Assembly: GCA_039803205.1 (NCBI GenBank)
Contig: JBDRYB010000001.1
Location: 235,413-299,412 of the forward strand
DNA: 64,000 nucleotides
Direction: 5' to 3'
Source of the DNA: a candidate division WOR-3 bacterium
Lineage (GTDB): Bacteria; Hydrothermota; Hydrothermia; JBDRYB01
Part shown: positions 27,490-39,636 of the stretch, one piece after another
How the letters are laid out: each line of letters opens with the position of its first letter
Position numbering within the stretch: the first letter of the stretch is position 1
The notes under the pieces: generated by a model
The model's input: only the letters and a program-made list of their open reading frames with translations
Database searches by the model: none
Told to the model about the DNA's origin: nothing
Made by a program: the position numbers and the translations under genes

Positions 27490-28221
27490 ATGAAGGTCCG
27501 AGTTATACCCATGCTTTTTCTGGCTACATGCGCGCCCAAAACCTCAAGTCAGCCAGGCCAGGTTGAGAGTGATTTAACCCTAACGCTCGGATACCAAGGG
27601 GGGCTTGTTCCCATTCAGGCGAGGTTTGGCGCTCCTTATCTCATAATCCTGAAGAACGGGGGGGTCTTCAAGCTAACCGAGGAGGGCGAAACCCTCCGCT
27701 ACGCTGGATTTCTCCCCGAGGACAGGGCACGCTTTATTGGCTTCGCGAGGAGGCTGTGGGATTCAGGCCTTGAGGGGAATTTTTCCGTTATGGAGGGAGC
27801 CACAGATCTCCCCTCGCTCGTGATAAGAATGAAAAAGGGGGAGGAAACCAGGGAAATATCCATATACGGCTACCCAATGGGAAGGCTCAAGAAGCCCGGA
27901 GGCCAGTTCATAGATTCAATTATGGCTCTGGCTGGCTCAGCAAAAACAACGGCCGAGGGTTGGGTTCCTTGGGAGGTGGAGCTCAGAGCAATGTCCTGGG
28001 CAGGCGATACGGCCGGATTGCGGGTTTATGACTGGGAGGGGCCGGACATTCCGCTGGACTCCTTAGCAGAGGGATACCTGGCCGCTGAGATCGGGGGAGA
28101 CACCGCCAGGGAGCTGATCATCTATCTCACGGGGAAAACCGCCTACACGAGAAGGGATATGGCCCTTTTCAGGAAGGGGGGAAAGCTATACTGGGTGGCG
28201 ATTATCCCCATCCTCAGGTAA
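27490..28221 (+). CDS. Hypothetical lipoprotein
   Basis: MKVRVIPMLFLATC lipobox-like start; TDLP motif; 243-aa ORF. Confidence 0.65.
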   Translation: MKVRVIPMLFLATCAPKTSSQPGQVESDLTLTLGYQGGLVPIQARFGAPYLIILKNGGVFKLTEEGETLRYAGFLPEDRARFIGFARRLWDSGLEGNFSVMEGATDLPSLVIRMKKGEETREISIYGYPMGRLKKPGGQFIDSIMALAGSAKTTAEGWVPWEVELRAMSWAGDTAGLRVYDWEGPDIPLDSLAEGYLAAEIGGDTARELIIYLTGKTAYTRRDMALFRKGGKLYWVAIIPILR

Positions 28222-28285
28222 GAGAGGACTGGTTTCGCTGTTTTTATCACCTATCCCTTTCTTCAAAAAGGTTAACCTGAATTTA

Positions 28286-31200
28286 TTACTCCTTCGGGAT
28301 AGCCTTCTCAGCGGCTTCTGCCTCGGCCTTCTCGGCCTCAAGAACGATCTCGCGGAACGGCGGAGCGCCCGTGCCCGCTGGAATGAGGCTCCCTATTATG
28401 ACATTCTCCTTGAGACCCCTGAGCTCGTCCGTCGCGCCGGAAATCGCGGCCATAGAGAGCACCTTCGTGGTATCCTGAAAGCTGGCCGCGGCTATGAAGG
28501 AATCGGTTGACAAAGCGGCTCTCGTTATCCCGAGGAGCACGACCTTGTGCTGGGCTGGCCTTCCGCCTGATGCGACTATCTTTGCGTTCTCCTCCTTGAC
28601 CCTCGCCAGGTCAATCAGGTCTCCGGGCAGGAACTTGGTGTCCCCTGGGTCCTCTATCCGGACCTTTCTGAGCATTTGCCTAACTATTATCTCTATGTGC
28701 TTGTCGTCTATCTCAACGCTGGAGAGCCTGTAGACCTCCTGGATCTGATCGAAGAGGTATTCCTGGACATATTCCTTTCCCCTTATCCGAAGGAGGTCGT
28801 GCGGGTCTATTGAGCCTGTGGTGAGGGGCTCGCCTGCCTCAACGGCTTCACCGTCACCAACGAGGAGATACCTTCCGTAAGGAACATCGTAGTCAACTGG
28901 CTTCCCCTCTTTTGGCACCACTTTGATCTTGAAAACCCCTTTCTCAAGGCTCTCAATTGAAACCACTCCGGCTATCTCGGAAACAAGGGCCTTGTCCGCT
29001 GGGCTTCTGGCTTCAAAAAGCTCCTCAACCCTCGGTAGCCCTCCCGTTATGTCCCTGGTCTTCGCTATTCCAGCAGAGACCTTTGCTATGATGTCCCCTT
29101 CCTCAACCAGGGGAAGCTCAGCCGTTTCTCCGGATTTGACCGCGTCTATTGCCTTGCCAGCGAGGCGGCACTCGTGAACCAGCGCGACCTCCTCTATGAC
29201 CTCTCCGGTCCTCTCGTCCAGGATCACGGCCTTTGGATAAAGCCTGCGCTGACGGGAAACATATATGACATACTCAACCTTGTTCTCCTCAACCGTCTCT
29301 CTGAGGGTTATGTTGGGTATAACATCAACGAGCTTGAGCCTTCCCCTTTTTGATACCAGGATGGGGAGCGCATACGGTTCCCATTCGCAAAGCATGTCCC
29401 CGCGGTTGACCTCCTGGCCATCGGAGACGAGGACCTTTGAACCATAGGGGATGCGGTATACCCTCTCCCTCTTGCCCGTCTCGTCCCTGAGGACGATAAC
29501 GCCCTTCCTGGATAGCACGCTCCTCGCTTTCTTCTTGCCGGCCAGGATTAGGCCCCGGAACTCCACCTTCCCAGCAAAAGCCGCAAAATGCGCGGCCTGC
29601 TGGGCTATACGCTCAGAGACCCCGCCAGTGTGGAATGTCCTAAGGGTCAGCTGGGTCCCTGGTTCTCCGATGGACTGCGCGGCCATAACCCCAACAGCCT
29701 CCCCTATCTCAACTAGACGGCCAGTAGCGAGGTTTCTCCCGTAGCACTTCGCACAAAGCCCGCGCTCGGCCTCACAGTAGAGGACGGATCTTATGGTTAC
29801 CTCCTCTATGCCTGCTGACTCTATTCTCGCGGCCGCATCCTCATCTATTTCCTCGCCTTCTCGGACTATGAGCTCCCCGGTTTCAGGGTCAAAGATGTCA
29901 TCAAAAGCCACCCGGCCAACTATCCTCTCGGATAAGGGCTTTATGACTGTCTCGCCCTCCTTTAGGGCTGTCATGCGCCTTCCCTGAACCGTGCCGCAGT
30001 CATGCTCGGTAATGGTCACCTCCTGCGCCACATCAACGAGACGCCGGGTAAGGTGGCCAGCATTTGCCGTCTTCAACGCGGTGTCCGAGAGGGACTTTCT
30101 GGAACCGTGTGTTGATATGAAGTATTCCATCGAGCTGAGGCCCTCCTTGAGGGAAGAGAGAATAGGGGTTTCTATGAGGTCACCTATCTCCCCCTTCTTG
30201 ACAGGCCTCGCCATCAGGCCCCTCATCCCAGCGAGCTGGCGGACCTGATCCATGTTTCCTCTGGCTCCGGATGAGACTATGATGTGGATGGGGTTGAATC
30301 CCTCCCTGTCCTCAGCCATGCACCTAGAGAGCTCGCGCTTGACCTCCTCGGTGGTCCTCGTCCAGATATCCAGGATGTTCTGATAGCGCTCGGCCCTTGA
30401 GAGCTCGCCCTCCCTGAAGAGCGCGTTGACCCTTTCTACCTCATCAAAAGCCTTCTTTATTATCTTTGATTTGCTAGAGGGGATGAGAAGGTCATCTATG
30501 CCAAAGGTAAGGGCTGAGATGGTTGCGTAAAGAAAACCTGCGTCCTTAAGGTTATCAAGGAGCTCTGTGGTGCCCACTGTCCCCAGGATCTTGAAGCACT
30601 TGGATACCAAGTTTTGTATGGATTTCTTGTCCTGGGTCTCGTTGATGTATCCGACCGCGGCCCTCATATCACGGGGCAGGATGCTGTTGAATATGAGGCG
30701 CCCGACGGTGGTCTTGACCGGAACAAACCTGCCACCAGGAGCGGTATCAAGGGGATCGCCCTCTGCTTTGAGCATCACCATTATCGGGGAGTTCAGACCC
30801 ACGATTTTCGCATCGTAGGCACTGAGAGCCTCTTGCCAATCGGAGAAAGACCTCGTTGGCTCCCCATCAAACCCCTTGGCTTTCGTCAGGTAAGAAAGCC
30901 CGGCAACCATGTCCTTTGTCGGGGCCGCGAGGGGTTTCCCGTGGGCAGGAGACATTATGTTGTGAGGGGCGTAAAGGAGGTAGTAGCTCTCTGCCTGAGC
31001 CTCAAGGGATATTGGCACATGAACTGCCATCTGATCCCCATCAAAATCAGCGTTAAACGCATTACAGACCAAAGGATGTATGGTTATGGCCTTTCCCTCA
31101 ACCAGAACGGGATCAAATGCCTGGACAGAAACCCTATGAAGGGTGGGCGCGCGGTTCAGCCATATGGGATGACGCCTCGTCACATCCTCAAGCATCTCCC

Positions 31201-32506
31201 ATACCCCTTCGTGCCTCTTCTGGAGGAGCTTCCTGGCGCTCTTGGAGCTCTTCGCTAGTCCGGAGTCCTCAAGCTTTCGCTCTATGAAGGGTTTGAAGAG
31301 CTCAACGGCCATCTCCTTTGGTAGGCCGGCCTGATTGAGCTTCAGGTCAGGGCCAACCACGATAACCGAGCGCCCGGAGTAATCAACCCTCTTCCCCAGG
31401 AGATTCCTGCGCAGGCGTCCGTGCTTGCCTCTGAGAATATCCGAGAGGGACTTGAGCTTTCTGCCCCCCCTTCCGGTAACCGGCTTCTTTCTCCGCGAGT
31501 TGTCCAGGAGAGCGTCAACCGCCTCCTGAAGCATGCGCTTCTCGTTCCTGAGGATTATCTCGGGCGCCCTTATGTCCATCATGTGCTTGAGCCGGTTGTT
31601 CCTGGAGATCACATGCCTGTATAGGTCATTCAGGTCAGATGTAGCGTATCTGCCTCCCTCAAGCGGGACAAGGGGCCTGAGGTCCGGGGGAATGACCGGG
31701 AGGACCTCAAGGATCATCCACGCGGGGTTGTTGCCGGAGTTGATGAAGGCCTCAACTATGCGCAGTTTCTTGAGGAGCCTTGCCCTCTTGAGAGCGGAGC
31801 GCTCCACCTTTAGATATGTCTGAAGCTCCAGGTATAGGTTCTCCAGGTTAGTCTTCCTTCCGCCATCAGGAGAGGTGGTCTCCTGAAACAGCTCGTCGAG
31901 GAGCTTCTTTATCGGCGGCGCACCCATCTCGGCCACGAATGAGCCGGGGCCGAACTCATCCCTCTTCTCCTGATACTCGCTTTCTGAGAGTATCTGGCAC
32001 TTCTCAAGCGGGGTATCCCCTGGATCCGTGACTATGTATGCATCGTAGTAGAGGACATCCTCAAGGTCTAGCTTGTTGACATCCAGAAGGGTGGCGATTA
32101 TGGATGGGGGAACCTTGTAGAACCATATGTGGGCAACCGGCACCGCTAGTTTCACATAGCCCATCCTCTCCCTGCGCACCTGGCTCGTGGTCACCTCAAC
32201 CCCGCACTTCTCGCAGGTTATTCCGGCATAGCGCTTGCCCTTATAGTGGCCGCACGCGCACTCATAGTCCTTCGTTGGTCCGAATATCCTCTCGCAGAAG
32301 AGCCCCCCCTTCTCCGGCCTCTGCGTCCTATAGTTTATGGTCTCGGGGAACTCAACCTCCCCAAGCCCCTCTTCACCTCTCTCCCTGCCCTTGCGCTCCG
32401 CGTATGACCAGAGCATTATGTCCTCAGGGCTGGCGAGGGAGATGGAAATCCCCTTGAGACTTATGGGGGATATGTCCGTTATGTTATCTGTTTTTATCCT
32501 GGCCAT
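28286..32506 (-). CDS. rpoC: RNA polymerase beta' subunit
   Basis: [30 protein letters not shown]; start at the ATG at 32506. Confidence 0.98.
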   Translation of the reverse strand: MARIKTDNITDISPISLKGISISLASPEDIMLWSYAERKGRERGEEGLGEVEFPETINYRTQRPEKGGLFCERIFGPTKDYECACGHYKGKRYAGITCEKCGVEVTTSQVRRERMGYVKLAVPVAHIWFYKVPPSIIATLLDVNKLDLEDVLYYDAYIVTDPGDTPLEKCQILSESEYQEKRDEFGPGSFVAEMGAPPIKKLLDELFQETTSPDGGRKTNLENLYLELQTYLKVERSALKRARLLKKLRIVEAFINSGNNPAWMILEVLPVIPPDLRPLVPLEGGRYATSDLNDLYRHVISRNNRLKHMMDIRAPEIILRNEKRMLQEAVDALLDNSRRKKPVTGRGGRKLKSLSDILRGKHGRLRRNLLGKRVDYSGRSVIVVGPDLKLNQAGLPKEMAVELFKPFIERKLEDSGLAKSSKSARKLLQKRHEGVWEMLEDVTRRHPIWLNRAPTLHRVSVQAFDPVLVEGKAITIHPLVCNAFNADFDGDQMAVHVPISLEAQAESYYLLYAPHNIMSPAHGKPLAAPTKDMVAGLSYLTKAKGFDGEPTRSFSDWQEALSAYDAKIVGLNSPIMVMLKAEGDPLDTAPGGRFVPVKTTVGRLIFNSILPRDMRAAVGYINETQDKKSIQNLVSKCFKILGTVGTTELLDNLKDAGFLYATISALTFGIDDLLIPSSKSKIIKKAFDEVERVNALFREGELSRAERYQNILDIWTRTTEEVKRELSRCMAEDREGFNPIHIIVSSGARGNMDQVRQLAGMRGLMARPVKKGEIGDLIETPILSSLKEGLSSMEYFISTHGSRKSLSDTALKTANAGHLTRRLVDVAQEVTITEHDCGTVQGRRMTALKEGETVIKPLSERIVGRVAFDDIFDPETGELIVREGEEIDEDAAARIESAGIEEVTIRSVLYCEAERGLCAKCYGRNLATGRLVEIGEAVGVMAAQSIGEPGTQLTLRTFHTGGVSERIAQQAAHFAAFAGKVEFRGLILAGKKKARSVLSRKGVIVLRDETGKRERVYRIPYGSKVLVSDGQEVNRGDMLCEWEPYALPILVSKRGRLKLVDVIPNITLRETVEENKVEYVIYVSRQRRLYPKAVILDERTGEVIEEVALVHECRLAGKAIDAVKSGETAELPLVEEGDIIAKVSAGIAKTRDITGGLPRVEELFEARSPADKALVSEIAGVVSIESLEKGVFKIKVVPKEGKPVDYDVPYGRYLLVGDGEAVEAGEPLTTGSIDPHDLLRIRGKEYVQEYLFDQIQEVYRLSSVEIDDKHIEIIVRQMLRKVRIEDPGDTKFLPGDLIDLARVKEENAKIVASGGRPAQHKVVLLGITRAALSTDSFIAAASFQDTTKVLSMAAISGATDELRGLKENVIIGSLIPAGTGAPPFREIVLEAEKAEAEAAEKAIPKE

Positions 32507-32507
32507 G

Positions 32508-35500
32508 CTATTCTGCCTCCTCTTCCTCAGAGAGGACCTGCACATCAAGGGCGAGGCCCTTCAGCTCCTTCAAAAGAACGCCAAAGGACGCTGGAAGGGA
32601 CGGCCTCGGAGGGTCCTGCCCCCCGCGAAGGATGGATTTATAAAGCGCGTTCCTGCCCTTGATGTCATCGGACTTGACCGTTAGCATCTCCTGGAGGGAG
32701 TATGCCGCGCCGTGGGCCTCAAGTGCCCACACCTCCATCTCACCGAAACGCTGGCCTCCAAAGTGGGATTTGCCGCCAACGGGCTGTTGGGTTATCAGGG
32801 AATACGGCCCTATTGCCCTCGCGTGTATCTTGTCCTCAACCATGTGGGTGAGCTTCATCATGTAAATGTAGCCCACCATTGCCTTCTCGAGAAACCTCTC
32901 GCCCGTCCTGCCGTCTCTGAGATAGACCTTGCTGTCCTCCGGCAGGCCAGCGAGCCTGAGCTGAGATTTGATCTCATCTATGGAGATGCCCTCAAACACC
33001 GGAGTGGTGTATCTTATCCCCGTCTCAGCTAGTTCCCTCGCGTGTTCAAGGATCTCCTCATCAGTGGCGGCATTGAGCCAGCGCGAGAGGTTCTTATCGT
33101 GCTGGAGCTTGTATAAACCAAGGAGGAAGGCCCTCGTCTTTTCAGCATTGCCCTCTTCCACCAATTCCCTGAGGCGCTTCGTGTTCTCAACAGCGGCCCA
33201 GCCGAGCATGGTCTCAAGTATCTGGCCAACATTCATCCTTGAAGGCACGCCGAGCGGGTTGAGAACGAGGTCAACCGGTGTCCCATCGTCAAAAAACGGC
33301 ATATCCTCCTCGGGGACTATCTTGGCGCAGACGCCCTTGTTCCCGTGTCGGCCCGCTATCTTGTCTCCGACCTGAAACTTGCGCTTCTCAGCTATGTAGA
33401 CCTTTATGAGCTGCCGAACCCCTGGGGGCAGCTCATCCCCGCGCTCAAGGCGCTCCATCTCTATTCTGAGGTCCTCCTCCAGGTCCAACAACTTGCGTTT
33501 GGCATCCTCAAAAACCTTGAGAAACGCCTCGTAGGCCTCTGTCCTGACGAACCTCTTATCCGGCCACACCACATCCCTCATCGGATGATACTGCCAGAAG
33601 AAATCCCTGGTGAAGGGTTTGCGCCTCGGCCAGATGATGTTGCCCTCGTTGTCCTTGATGGAGTGGGAGGGCTTGAGGCCCTCCTCTCCCTCAGGGGCCA
33701 GGATGTCCGCGAGGGCCTCTCTCAGCTGCCTGATTATATCCTGTCTGGCTATCTTGAAGCGTTCCTCTGCTTCGGCCTTACGCTCTCTTATTATCTTCTG
33801 GGAAAGCGGATCCTCCTTCATCTTTGTAAGAACAACGACATCAACGACAACCCCGTGTATGCCAGGGGGGACCCGCCTCGAGGTATCCTTGACATCCTTT
33901 GCCCTCTTGGAGAATATGGCGTATATGAGCCGCTCCTCAGGGGTAAGGTCCCTCTCACCTTTGGGCGAGACCTTTCCAACGAGGATGTCATCTGGCTTTA
34001 CCTCTGCCCCGACCCTTATTACGCCGTATTCATCAAGGTTCTTGAGGAGCTCCTCGGATGCCACATAAGGAAGGTCTCTGGTGACCTCCTCGGGCCCGAG
34101 CTTCGTGTCCCTGACCTCAACCTCAAATTCAAGTATGTGGATTGATGTGAGGATGTCCTCCTTGACCACCCTCTCAGATATCACTACTGCATCCTCGTAG
34201 TTATAGCCATACCAGGGTATAAAAGCCACTAAGAGGTTTTTGCCCAGGGCTAGCTCTCCATCGGCAACGCTCACGCTCTCAGCGATGAAATCCCCTTTCT
34301 TCACCTTCTGGCCAGGTCTAACAACGGGGCGCTGGTCTATTATGGTATCCTGGTTTGAGCGCTGGAACTTCACGAGCTCGTAGACATCAGGGGTTCTGGC
34401 GGTCCTCGGCTGGACCAACACCCTCTCTGGGCTGACCTCTCTCACCACTCCTGGGGCCTTCGCAGTAATGATGCCCTTTTGACCCTTTATCGGCCTCGCG
34501 ATGATGTCCCCCCTCTTTAGCTCCTGACCAGGGGCCACGATGGGCCTCTGATTCTCGCCCAGCTCATAGACATCCGTAACACGCTCCCGCTCTATAACTA
34601 TGCGCTTGGCATCAACCTCCTTGACTATCCCCGGCCTCTTTGCCATAACCAGACAGCCCGAATCCCTGGCAACCTTGCCCTCCATGCCCGTTCCCACCAA
34701 GGGAGGCTCAGGGACGAGAAGGGGAACGGCTTGGCGTTGCATATTACAACCCATGAGCGCCCTGTTCGCGTCATCGTGCTCCAGGAAGGGTATTAGGGAG
34801 GCTGAAGGGGAAACAACCTGCCTGGGCGATACATCCATGTATCCTATCTGCTCCCGCGGGACGAGGACATAGTTCCTGTTGTGCCGGCAGAGGATAGACG
34901 GCTGAGCTATCTCGCCATTCCTGAGGTAAATATCCCCTGGAGCGATGGCGTGTTCTATCTCCTCGTGAGGAGCGAGGTATTCAACCTCTTCCGAGACCTT
35001 GCCGTCAATAACCCTTCTAAGAGGGGTCCTTATGAACCCCATCTCGTCAACCTTAGCGTAATTCGTCAGGGACATCAGAAGGCCGATGTTCTGTCCCTCG
35101 GATGTCTCTATGGGGCAGAGCCTTCCGTAGTGAGAAGGGTGAACATCCCTCACATCAAAACCCGCAGTCTCGCGAGTGAGCCCGCCCTTACCGAGGGCCG
35201 AAAGCCTTCTTTTGTGGGTCAGCTCAGCCAGAGGATTGACCTGATCCAGGAACTGGGAAAGCCTATCCTGGGTGAAAAAAGAGAGTATGGAGGCTGTAAC
35301 GAGCCTTGGATTCACGAGCTTCTTCGGGGAGACCTCTTCGGTCCCGAGAAGCATCTTCTCCTTTATCGCTTTGGATAACCTGACGAAGGCCGTCCTGAAA
35401 TGCTCGTAAAGCATCTCCCCCACCCGCCTCACCCTTCGGTTTGCGAGGTCATTGACATCGTCCTCCTCTTCCGCTCCCCTGTAGAAGTTCATCAGGCGCT

Positions 35501-36614
35501 TCAAAATGACCAACAGATCCTCCTGAGTGAGGTTCATGACCGTTGGGGGCCTAAACCCCATTTCCTCGTGCCTGAGCCGGAGGTTCAGCTTGTATCTGCC
35601 AACGGGGCCAAGGTAAAGCTTTTCCGGCGAAAAGAAGAAGGAGCGTATGAACTCAACCGCCTCCTGGATGTCCTTCGGGGGAGTGTAGCGAAGCGTCCTG
35701 TATATGTTTGAGAGGGCCTTCTCTGGTTCCTTAATCCTGTCCTGCTTCAGGGTGGAAACCATCACCTCCACCTCAGGTTCGGCGAGATCGTAGACGGGGA
35801 CCTCGTTGATTTTGTGCTTGATTAGCTCGGAAACGGCCTCTGGAGTTAAGGCTCCCATTACCTCAAGGATGACCTCCCCGGTCTCCTTATCAACTATATC
35901 CTTGGCACAGATGAGATCGGGGTTGCCCTCCGGTATATCGGACAGCTGGACAACTCTCGGCTCCAAAAGAAGGGAGAGTATCTCCTCGCTGGTCTTGTAT
36001 CCCATTGCCTTGAGGAGTCGCGTTATGGGCAACTTTTTCCGCTTTGATATGGTGAAGCTGAGAACCTTTGTCCCATCTATGTGGAACCTTATCCAGGGAC
36101 CGCGGTATGGAACCAAAAGGGCAGAATATATCTGCGTCTCCTTCTCTTCAAGCTCGTAATAGACGCCGGGGCTTCTGTGCAATTGGGAAACAACCACGCG
36201 CTCCACGCCGTTTATTATGAATGTGCCCCTCTCGGTCATGTATGGGATGTCAGCGAAATAGACGCTCTGCTCAACCACCTCACCCTTTGGTTTGCCGGTC
36301 TTCGGGTCCTTTTGAACGAGGCGGAGTTTGAGGCGAAGGGGCACCGCGTATGTGAGGTTCTTCTTGATCGCCTCTTCCTCGCTCATCTTGGGCTTTCCAA
36401 GGGTATAGCTCACATACTCCATGTGGTATTTGCCCTGGAGCCCCTCTATGGGAAAAACCTCCTTGAAAAGCCCGTGGAGCCCCTCATCAGTCCTCTTCTC
36501 AGAGTCCACATCCTCTTGGAGGAATGCCCTGTAGGATTCAAGCTGGACCGTGAGGAGGTCCGGCATGGGATAAGACTCCTCCTGGACTCCTATCCTCTTG
36601 GGTATTTTTGGCAT
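32508..36614 (-). CDS. rpoB: RNA polymerase beta subunit
   Basis: QLHRSPG, HDDANRALMG, GDKIAGRHGNKG, GGQRFGEME. Confidence 0.98.
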   Translation of the reverse strand: MPKIPKRIGVQEESYPMPDLLTVQLESYRAFLQEDVDSEKRTDEGLHGLFKEVFPIEGLQGKYHMEYVSYTLGKPKMSEEEAIKKNLTYAVPLRLKLRLVQKDPKTGKPKGEVVEQSVYFADIPYMTERGTFIINGVERVVVSQLHRSPGVYYELEEKETQIYSALLVPYRGPWIRFHIDGTKVLSFTISKRKKLPITRLLKAMGYKTSEEILSLLLEPRVVQLSDIPEGNPDLICAKDIVDKETGEVILEVMGALTPEAVSELIKHKINEVPVYDLAEPEVEVMVSTLKQDRIKEPEKALSNIYRTLRYTPPKDIQEAVEFIRSFFFSPEKLYLGPVGRYKLNLRLRHEEMGFRPPTVMNLTQEDLLVILKRLMNFYRGAEEEDDVNDLANRRVRRVGEMLYEHFRTAFVRLSKAIKEKMLLGTEEVSPKKLVNPRLVTASILSFFTQDRLSQFLDQVNPLAELTHKRRLSALGKGGLTRETAGFDVRDVHPSHYGRLCPIETSEGQNIGLLMSLTNYAKVDEMGFIRTPLRRVIDGKVSEEVEYLAPHEEIEHAIAPGDIYLRNGEIAQPSILCRHNRNYVLVPREQIGYMDVSPRQVVSPSASLIPFLEHDDANRALMGCNMQRQAVPLLVPEPPLVGTGMEGKVARDSGCLVMAKRPGIVKEVDAKRIVIERERVTDVYELGENQRPIVAPGQELKRGDIIARPIKGQKGIITAKAPGVVREVSPERVLVQPRTARTPDVYELVKFQRSNQDTIIDQRPVVRPGQKVKKGDFIAESVSVADGELALGKNLLVAFIPWYGYNYEDAVVISERVVKEDILTSIHILEFEVEVRDTKLGPEEVTRDLPYVASEELLKNLDEYGVIRVGAEVKPDDILVGKVSPKGERDLTPEERLIYAIFSKRAKDVKDTSRRVPPGIHGVVVDVVVLTKMKEDPLSQKIIRERKAEAEERFKIARQDIIRQLREALADILAPEGEEGLKPSHSIKDNEGNIIWPRRKPFTRDFFWQYHPMRDVVWPDKRFVRTEAYEAFLKVFEDAKRKLLDLEEDLRIEMERLERGDELPPGVRQLIKVYIAEKRKFQVGDKIAGRHGNKGVCAKIVPEEDMPFFDDGTPVDLVLNPLGVPSRMNVGQILETMLGWAAVENTKRLRELVEEGNAEKTRAFLLGLYKLQHDKNLSRWLNAATDEEILEHARELAETGIRYTTPVFEGISIDEIKSQLRLAGLPEDSKVYLRDGRTGERFLEKAMVGYIYMMKLTHMVEDKIHARAIGPYSLITQQPVGGKSHFGGQRFGEMEVWALEAHGAAYSLQEMLTVKSDDIKGRNALYKSILRGGQDPPRPSLPASFGVLLKELKGLALDVQVLSEEEEAE

Positions 36615-36684
36615 GCTATCACCACCTAAGCTTGTTCCGGGCAGGGCCCTATGAGCCCGCCTCAGGAAGCGTGAACCCTTGAGA

Positions 36685-37086
36685 TCACTTGATCTCCACG
36701 GTGGCTCCGGCTGCCGTGAGCTGCTCCTTTATCTTTTCGGCTTCGTCCTTGGAAACTCCCTCCTTCAGCGGCTTTGGCAGGGTATCAATCAGCTCCTTGG
36801 CCTCCTTAAGTCCAAGGCCAGTTATGGACCTGACCTCCTTCAGGACTGGGATCCTGTTGTCGCCTACGCTCACGAGAATGACATCAAAGGTGTCCTTTTC
36901 CTCTGTCTCGGGCTGTGCCGCCGCAACTCCGGCTACTACCCCAGGGGCCGCGGCTACCGCGACGGGCGCGGCCGCTGTTACGCCGAACTTCTCCTCCATA
37001 GCCTTCACCAGCTCGGCGAGCTCCAAGACCGTGAGGTTACCAACAGCATCCAGTATCTCTTCAACGCCAAGTTTCTTATCAGGCAT
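36685..37086 (-). CDS. rplL: 50S ribosomal protein L7/L12
   Basis: [25 protein letters not shown]. Confidence 0.97.
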   Translation of the reverse strand: MPDKKLGVEEILDAVGNLTVLELAELVKAMEEKFGVTAAAPVAVAAAPGVVAGVAAAQPETEEKDTFDVILVSVGDNRIPVLKEVRSITGLGLKEAKELIDTLPKPLKEGVSKDEAEKIKEQLTAAGATVEIK

Positions 37087-37672
37087 CTAAGGCCTCCTTT
37101 TTCTCTCCTTTCTCCTTTAGCTCCCTGATAGCGTTCAGGGCATAAACGAGCTTCAAAAGAAGCGCTTTCATCACATATACAGGCCCAGCGAGCTGGGCTT
37201 GAAGTATCCCCACAACCCTCGCCCTCAACTCCTGGGGGGACGGGAGCCTGGAAATTGCCTCTATTTCATCCTTGCCGATAACCCGTCCAGCGAGAAAGCC
37301 AAGCTTGAGAACGCCAACGCCATGCTCTTTCGCGAAATCATAGAATATGCGGACCGGAGCGATCTCATCTCCCTTTGCGTATATCACAGCGTTCTGACCA
37401 TCAATCCCGGACGCCATCTCATCCATGTTCATCTGAGCCAATGCCCTCCTCAGGAGGTTGTTCTTGACCACCCGGACGCCGGAGTTGACATCCCTCAATT
37501 GCCTCCTCAGGCGGGTAAAACTCCCAACATCTATTCCCCTGAAATCAGCGAGATAGAAAGCGGAGGCGGTCTCGAGGGACTCTCGCAATTCCTCAACTGC
37601 CTTGACCTTCTCCGGCCTTGGTTCACGGACCAAAGGCTCTCTCGCGGCACGCTTTAGCTTGCTCTTTGTCAT
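37079..37672 (-). CDS. rplJ: 50S ribosomal protein L10
   Basis: ADFRG, VVKNNL, LPS..EL; synteny. Confidence 0.93.
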   Translation of the reverse strand: MTKSKLKRAAREPLVREPRPEKVKAVEELRESLETASAFYLADFRGIDVGSFTRLRRQLRDVNSGVRVVKNNLLRRALAQMNMDEMASGIDGQNAVIYAKGDEIAPVRIFYDFAKEHGVGVLKLGFLAGRVIGKDEIEAISRLPSPQELRARVVGILQAQLAGPVYVMKALLLKLVYALNAIRELKEKGEKKEALDA

Positions 37673-38397
37673 ATTCTTACCCCCCTTTCTCTGAGGGCTG
37701 AGGCCAGCTCCGATACGGATACCTTCACAGACGGGCCCATAGCGGGCGAAAGGTGAGCTGAGCGTATGTATGTCCCCTTGACAGTATGGGGCCTTGCCTT
37801 CACGAGCTCCTCCGCGAGGGCAAGAAGATTCTCAAAGAGTTTCTCTGGGCCGAACGCGGTCTTGCCTATGGGCACATGTATGTTAGCGCCCTTGTCAGTC
37901 TTGAACTCCACCCTGCCGGCCTTGAGCTCACGGACCGTTATTCCCACCTCCTTGGTCACCGTTCCGGCCTTAGGGCTGGGCATGAGCCCCCTGGAGCCGA
38001 GGATCTTTCCGAGCTTGCCAACCTCAGGCATGGCCTCCGGGCTAGCGACTATAACATCAAAATCAAGCCATCCAGCCTTTATCTTCTCTATGAACTCCGC
38101 GAAACCGACCATGTCAGCGCCGGCCTCTTTTGCCTCTGCCTCAAGCGAAGGCTCCTTTGTGAGAACGAGAACCCTAACCTGCTTTCCGGTTCCGTTCGGC
38201 AGGACAACCGTCCCCCTAACTGACTGATCGGTTTTCTTTGGGTCTATTCCCAAACGAAACGATGCCAGAACAGTCTCCGGGAACCTCGCTGAGGCGAGAT
38301 GCTCTGAGACTATCCGACACGCCTCGGCTGGCGAGTATTCGGCCTTGGGATCGTATTTCTCAAGGAGAGAGCGGTATCTCTTGCCACGCTTTGCCAT
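37669..38397 (-). CDS. rplA: 50S ribosomal protein L1
   Basis: LGIDPKK.DQ.VRG, RGLMPSPKAGTV. Confidence 0.97.
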   Translation of the reverse strand: MAKRGKRYRSLLEKYDPKAEYSPAEACRIVSEHLASARFPETVLASFRLGIDPKKTDQSVRGTVVLPNGTGKQVRVLVLTKEPSLEAEAKEAGADMVGFAEFIEKIKAGWLDFDVIVASPEAMPEVGKLGKILGSRGLMPSPKAGTVTKEVGITVRELKAGRVEFKTDKGANIHVPIGKTAFGPEKLFENLLALAEELVKARPHTVKGTYIRSAHLSPAMGPSVKVSVSELASALRERGVRI

Positions 38398-38398
38398 G

Positions 38399-38842
38399 TC
38401 AGTCCTCCACGACCCTTATTCCCATTGAACGGGCAGTCCCTTCTATTATCCTCACCGCGGCCTCAAGGTCATTGGCGTTCAGGTCATTCATCTTCTCTTT
38501 TGCTATCTCAACGACCTTTGAGCGGGTTACCTGGGCAACGATGTTCTTGCCGGGCTCTCCAGAACCCTTCTCAATCTTGGCCGCTTTCGCCAAGAGCACT
38601 GAAGCGGGCGGGGTCTTCAAAGTGAAGCTGAAGCTCCTGTCCTTGTATATCTCAACGACAACAGGGATTATTAGGCCGGGCTCCTTGCCCCTCGTGGCCT
38701 CGTTGAATGCCTTTATGAAACCGCCTATATCAGCGCCATGCTGACCAAGAGCTGGCCCGACAGGGGGCGCTGGGGTAGCCTGGCCAGCAGGGAGCTGAAG
38801 CTTTACTACTGCTATCAACTCCTTTTTCTTCTTCGGTGGCAT
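38399..38842 (-). CDS. rplK: 50S ribosomal protein L11
   Basis: [22 protein letters not shown]. Confidence 0.97.
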   Translation of the reverse strand: MPPKKKKELIAVVKLQLPAGQATPAPPVGPALGQHGADIGGFIKAFNEATRGKEPGLIIPVVVEIYKDRSFSFTLKTPPASVLLAKAAKIEKGSGEPGKNIVAQVTRSKVVEIAKEKMNDLNANDLEAAVRIIEGTARSMGIRVVED

Positions 38843-38854
38843 ATCTAAACCTCT

Positions 38855-39433
38855 CTATCTTCCTCCCGCCCTCTCCACCTGGATGAAGTCAAGGACAACC
38901 GATGTTACGCGGCCGAAGAAGGTTATCTCCACCTTCATCTTCCCCCTCTCGGGGAATATCTCCTTTATCTCGCCCTCCATGCCCGCGAATGGGCCCTCAA
39001 CAACCTTAATCATCTCTCCTGCCAGGAACGGGACCTCCTGCTCCTTCTTCTCCCTCTCCCTTTCCTGGGTCTCAAGTATCTCAGAGACCTCTTGGTCAGT
39101 GAGGGTGAGGAATGTGTATTTTATCTCCTTTCTGTCCTTCTCCTTGGCCAGTATTGGCCTCGCGAGCCCCGTTGAGGAAAGGAGTTCCAGGATCTCTCCC
39201 ACGGCCGGGTCCTCATCTGATTCCTGCTCTATTTCAACCAGAACATAACCCTTGAAAAGGGGCTTCTCCTCAAGCAGTCTCTTGCCCTTTTTGACCCGAG
39301 GTATGGTCTGGGTGGGGACCAGAACCCTGACTATCTTGTGCTCAAGAGCGTTTTCAACTCTCAGCCGCTCAAACAGCTCCTTCACCGTGCTCTCACGGCC
39401 AGCCTGGGTTCTAAAAGCATACCACTTGCGCAT
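38855..39433 (-). CDS. nusG: Transcription elongation factor NusG
   Basis: KWY start, LFKGYVLV, KOW motif GPFAGMEG...FFGR. Confidence 0.93.
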   Translation of the reverse strand: MRKWYAFRTQAGRESTVKELFERLRVENALEHKIVRVLVPTQTIPRVKKGKRLLEEKPLFKGYVLVEIEQESDEDPAVGEILELLSSTGLARPILAKEKDRKEIKYTFLTLTDQEVSEILETQEREREKKEQEVPFLAGEMIKVVEGPFAGMEGEIKEIFPERGKMKVEITFFGRVTSVVLDFIQVERAGGR

Positions 39434-39436
39434 TTC

Positions 39437-39634
39437 TCACCTCAGAACAAAGGCAAGGAGCCGGGAGAATATGAGGTCAAGAACCCATATGTAAAGGGTC
39501 ACGAAACCTGAAACCAGGAACACGGCCGCGGTCCCGCCCAGGATGGAGTGCCTCGTGGGCCAGGTTATCCTCCTCATCTCCGCGGCAACATCCCGCAGAA
39601 ACTCAATTCCCCTTGCGGGGTTTAACTGGCTCAT
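39437..39634 (-). CDS. secE: Preprotein translocase SecE
   Basis: EMRRITWPT + one TM helix; ATG at 39634. Confidence 0.9.
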   Translation of the reverse strand: MSQLNPARGIEFLRDVAAEMRRITWPTRHSILGGTAAVFLVSGFVTLYIWVLDLIFSRLLAFVLR

Positions 39635-39636
39635 CT

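Noticed and set aside
36615..36684. Structured RNA between rplL and rpoB
   Set aside because: An imperfect hairpin is possible, but there is no U-tract or recognisable family; cannot be supported without covariation
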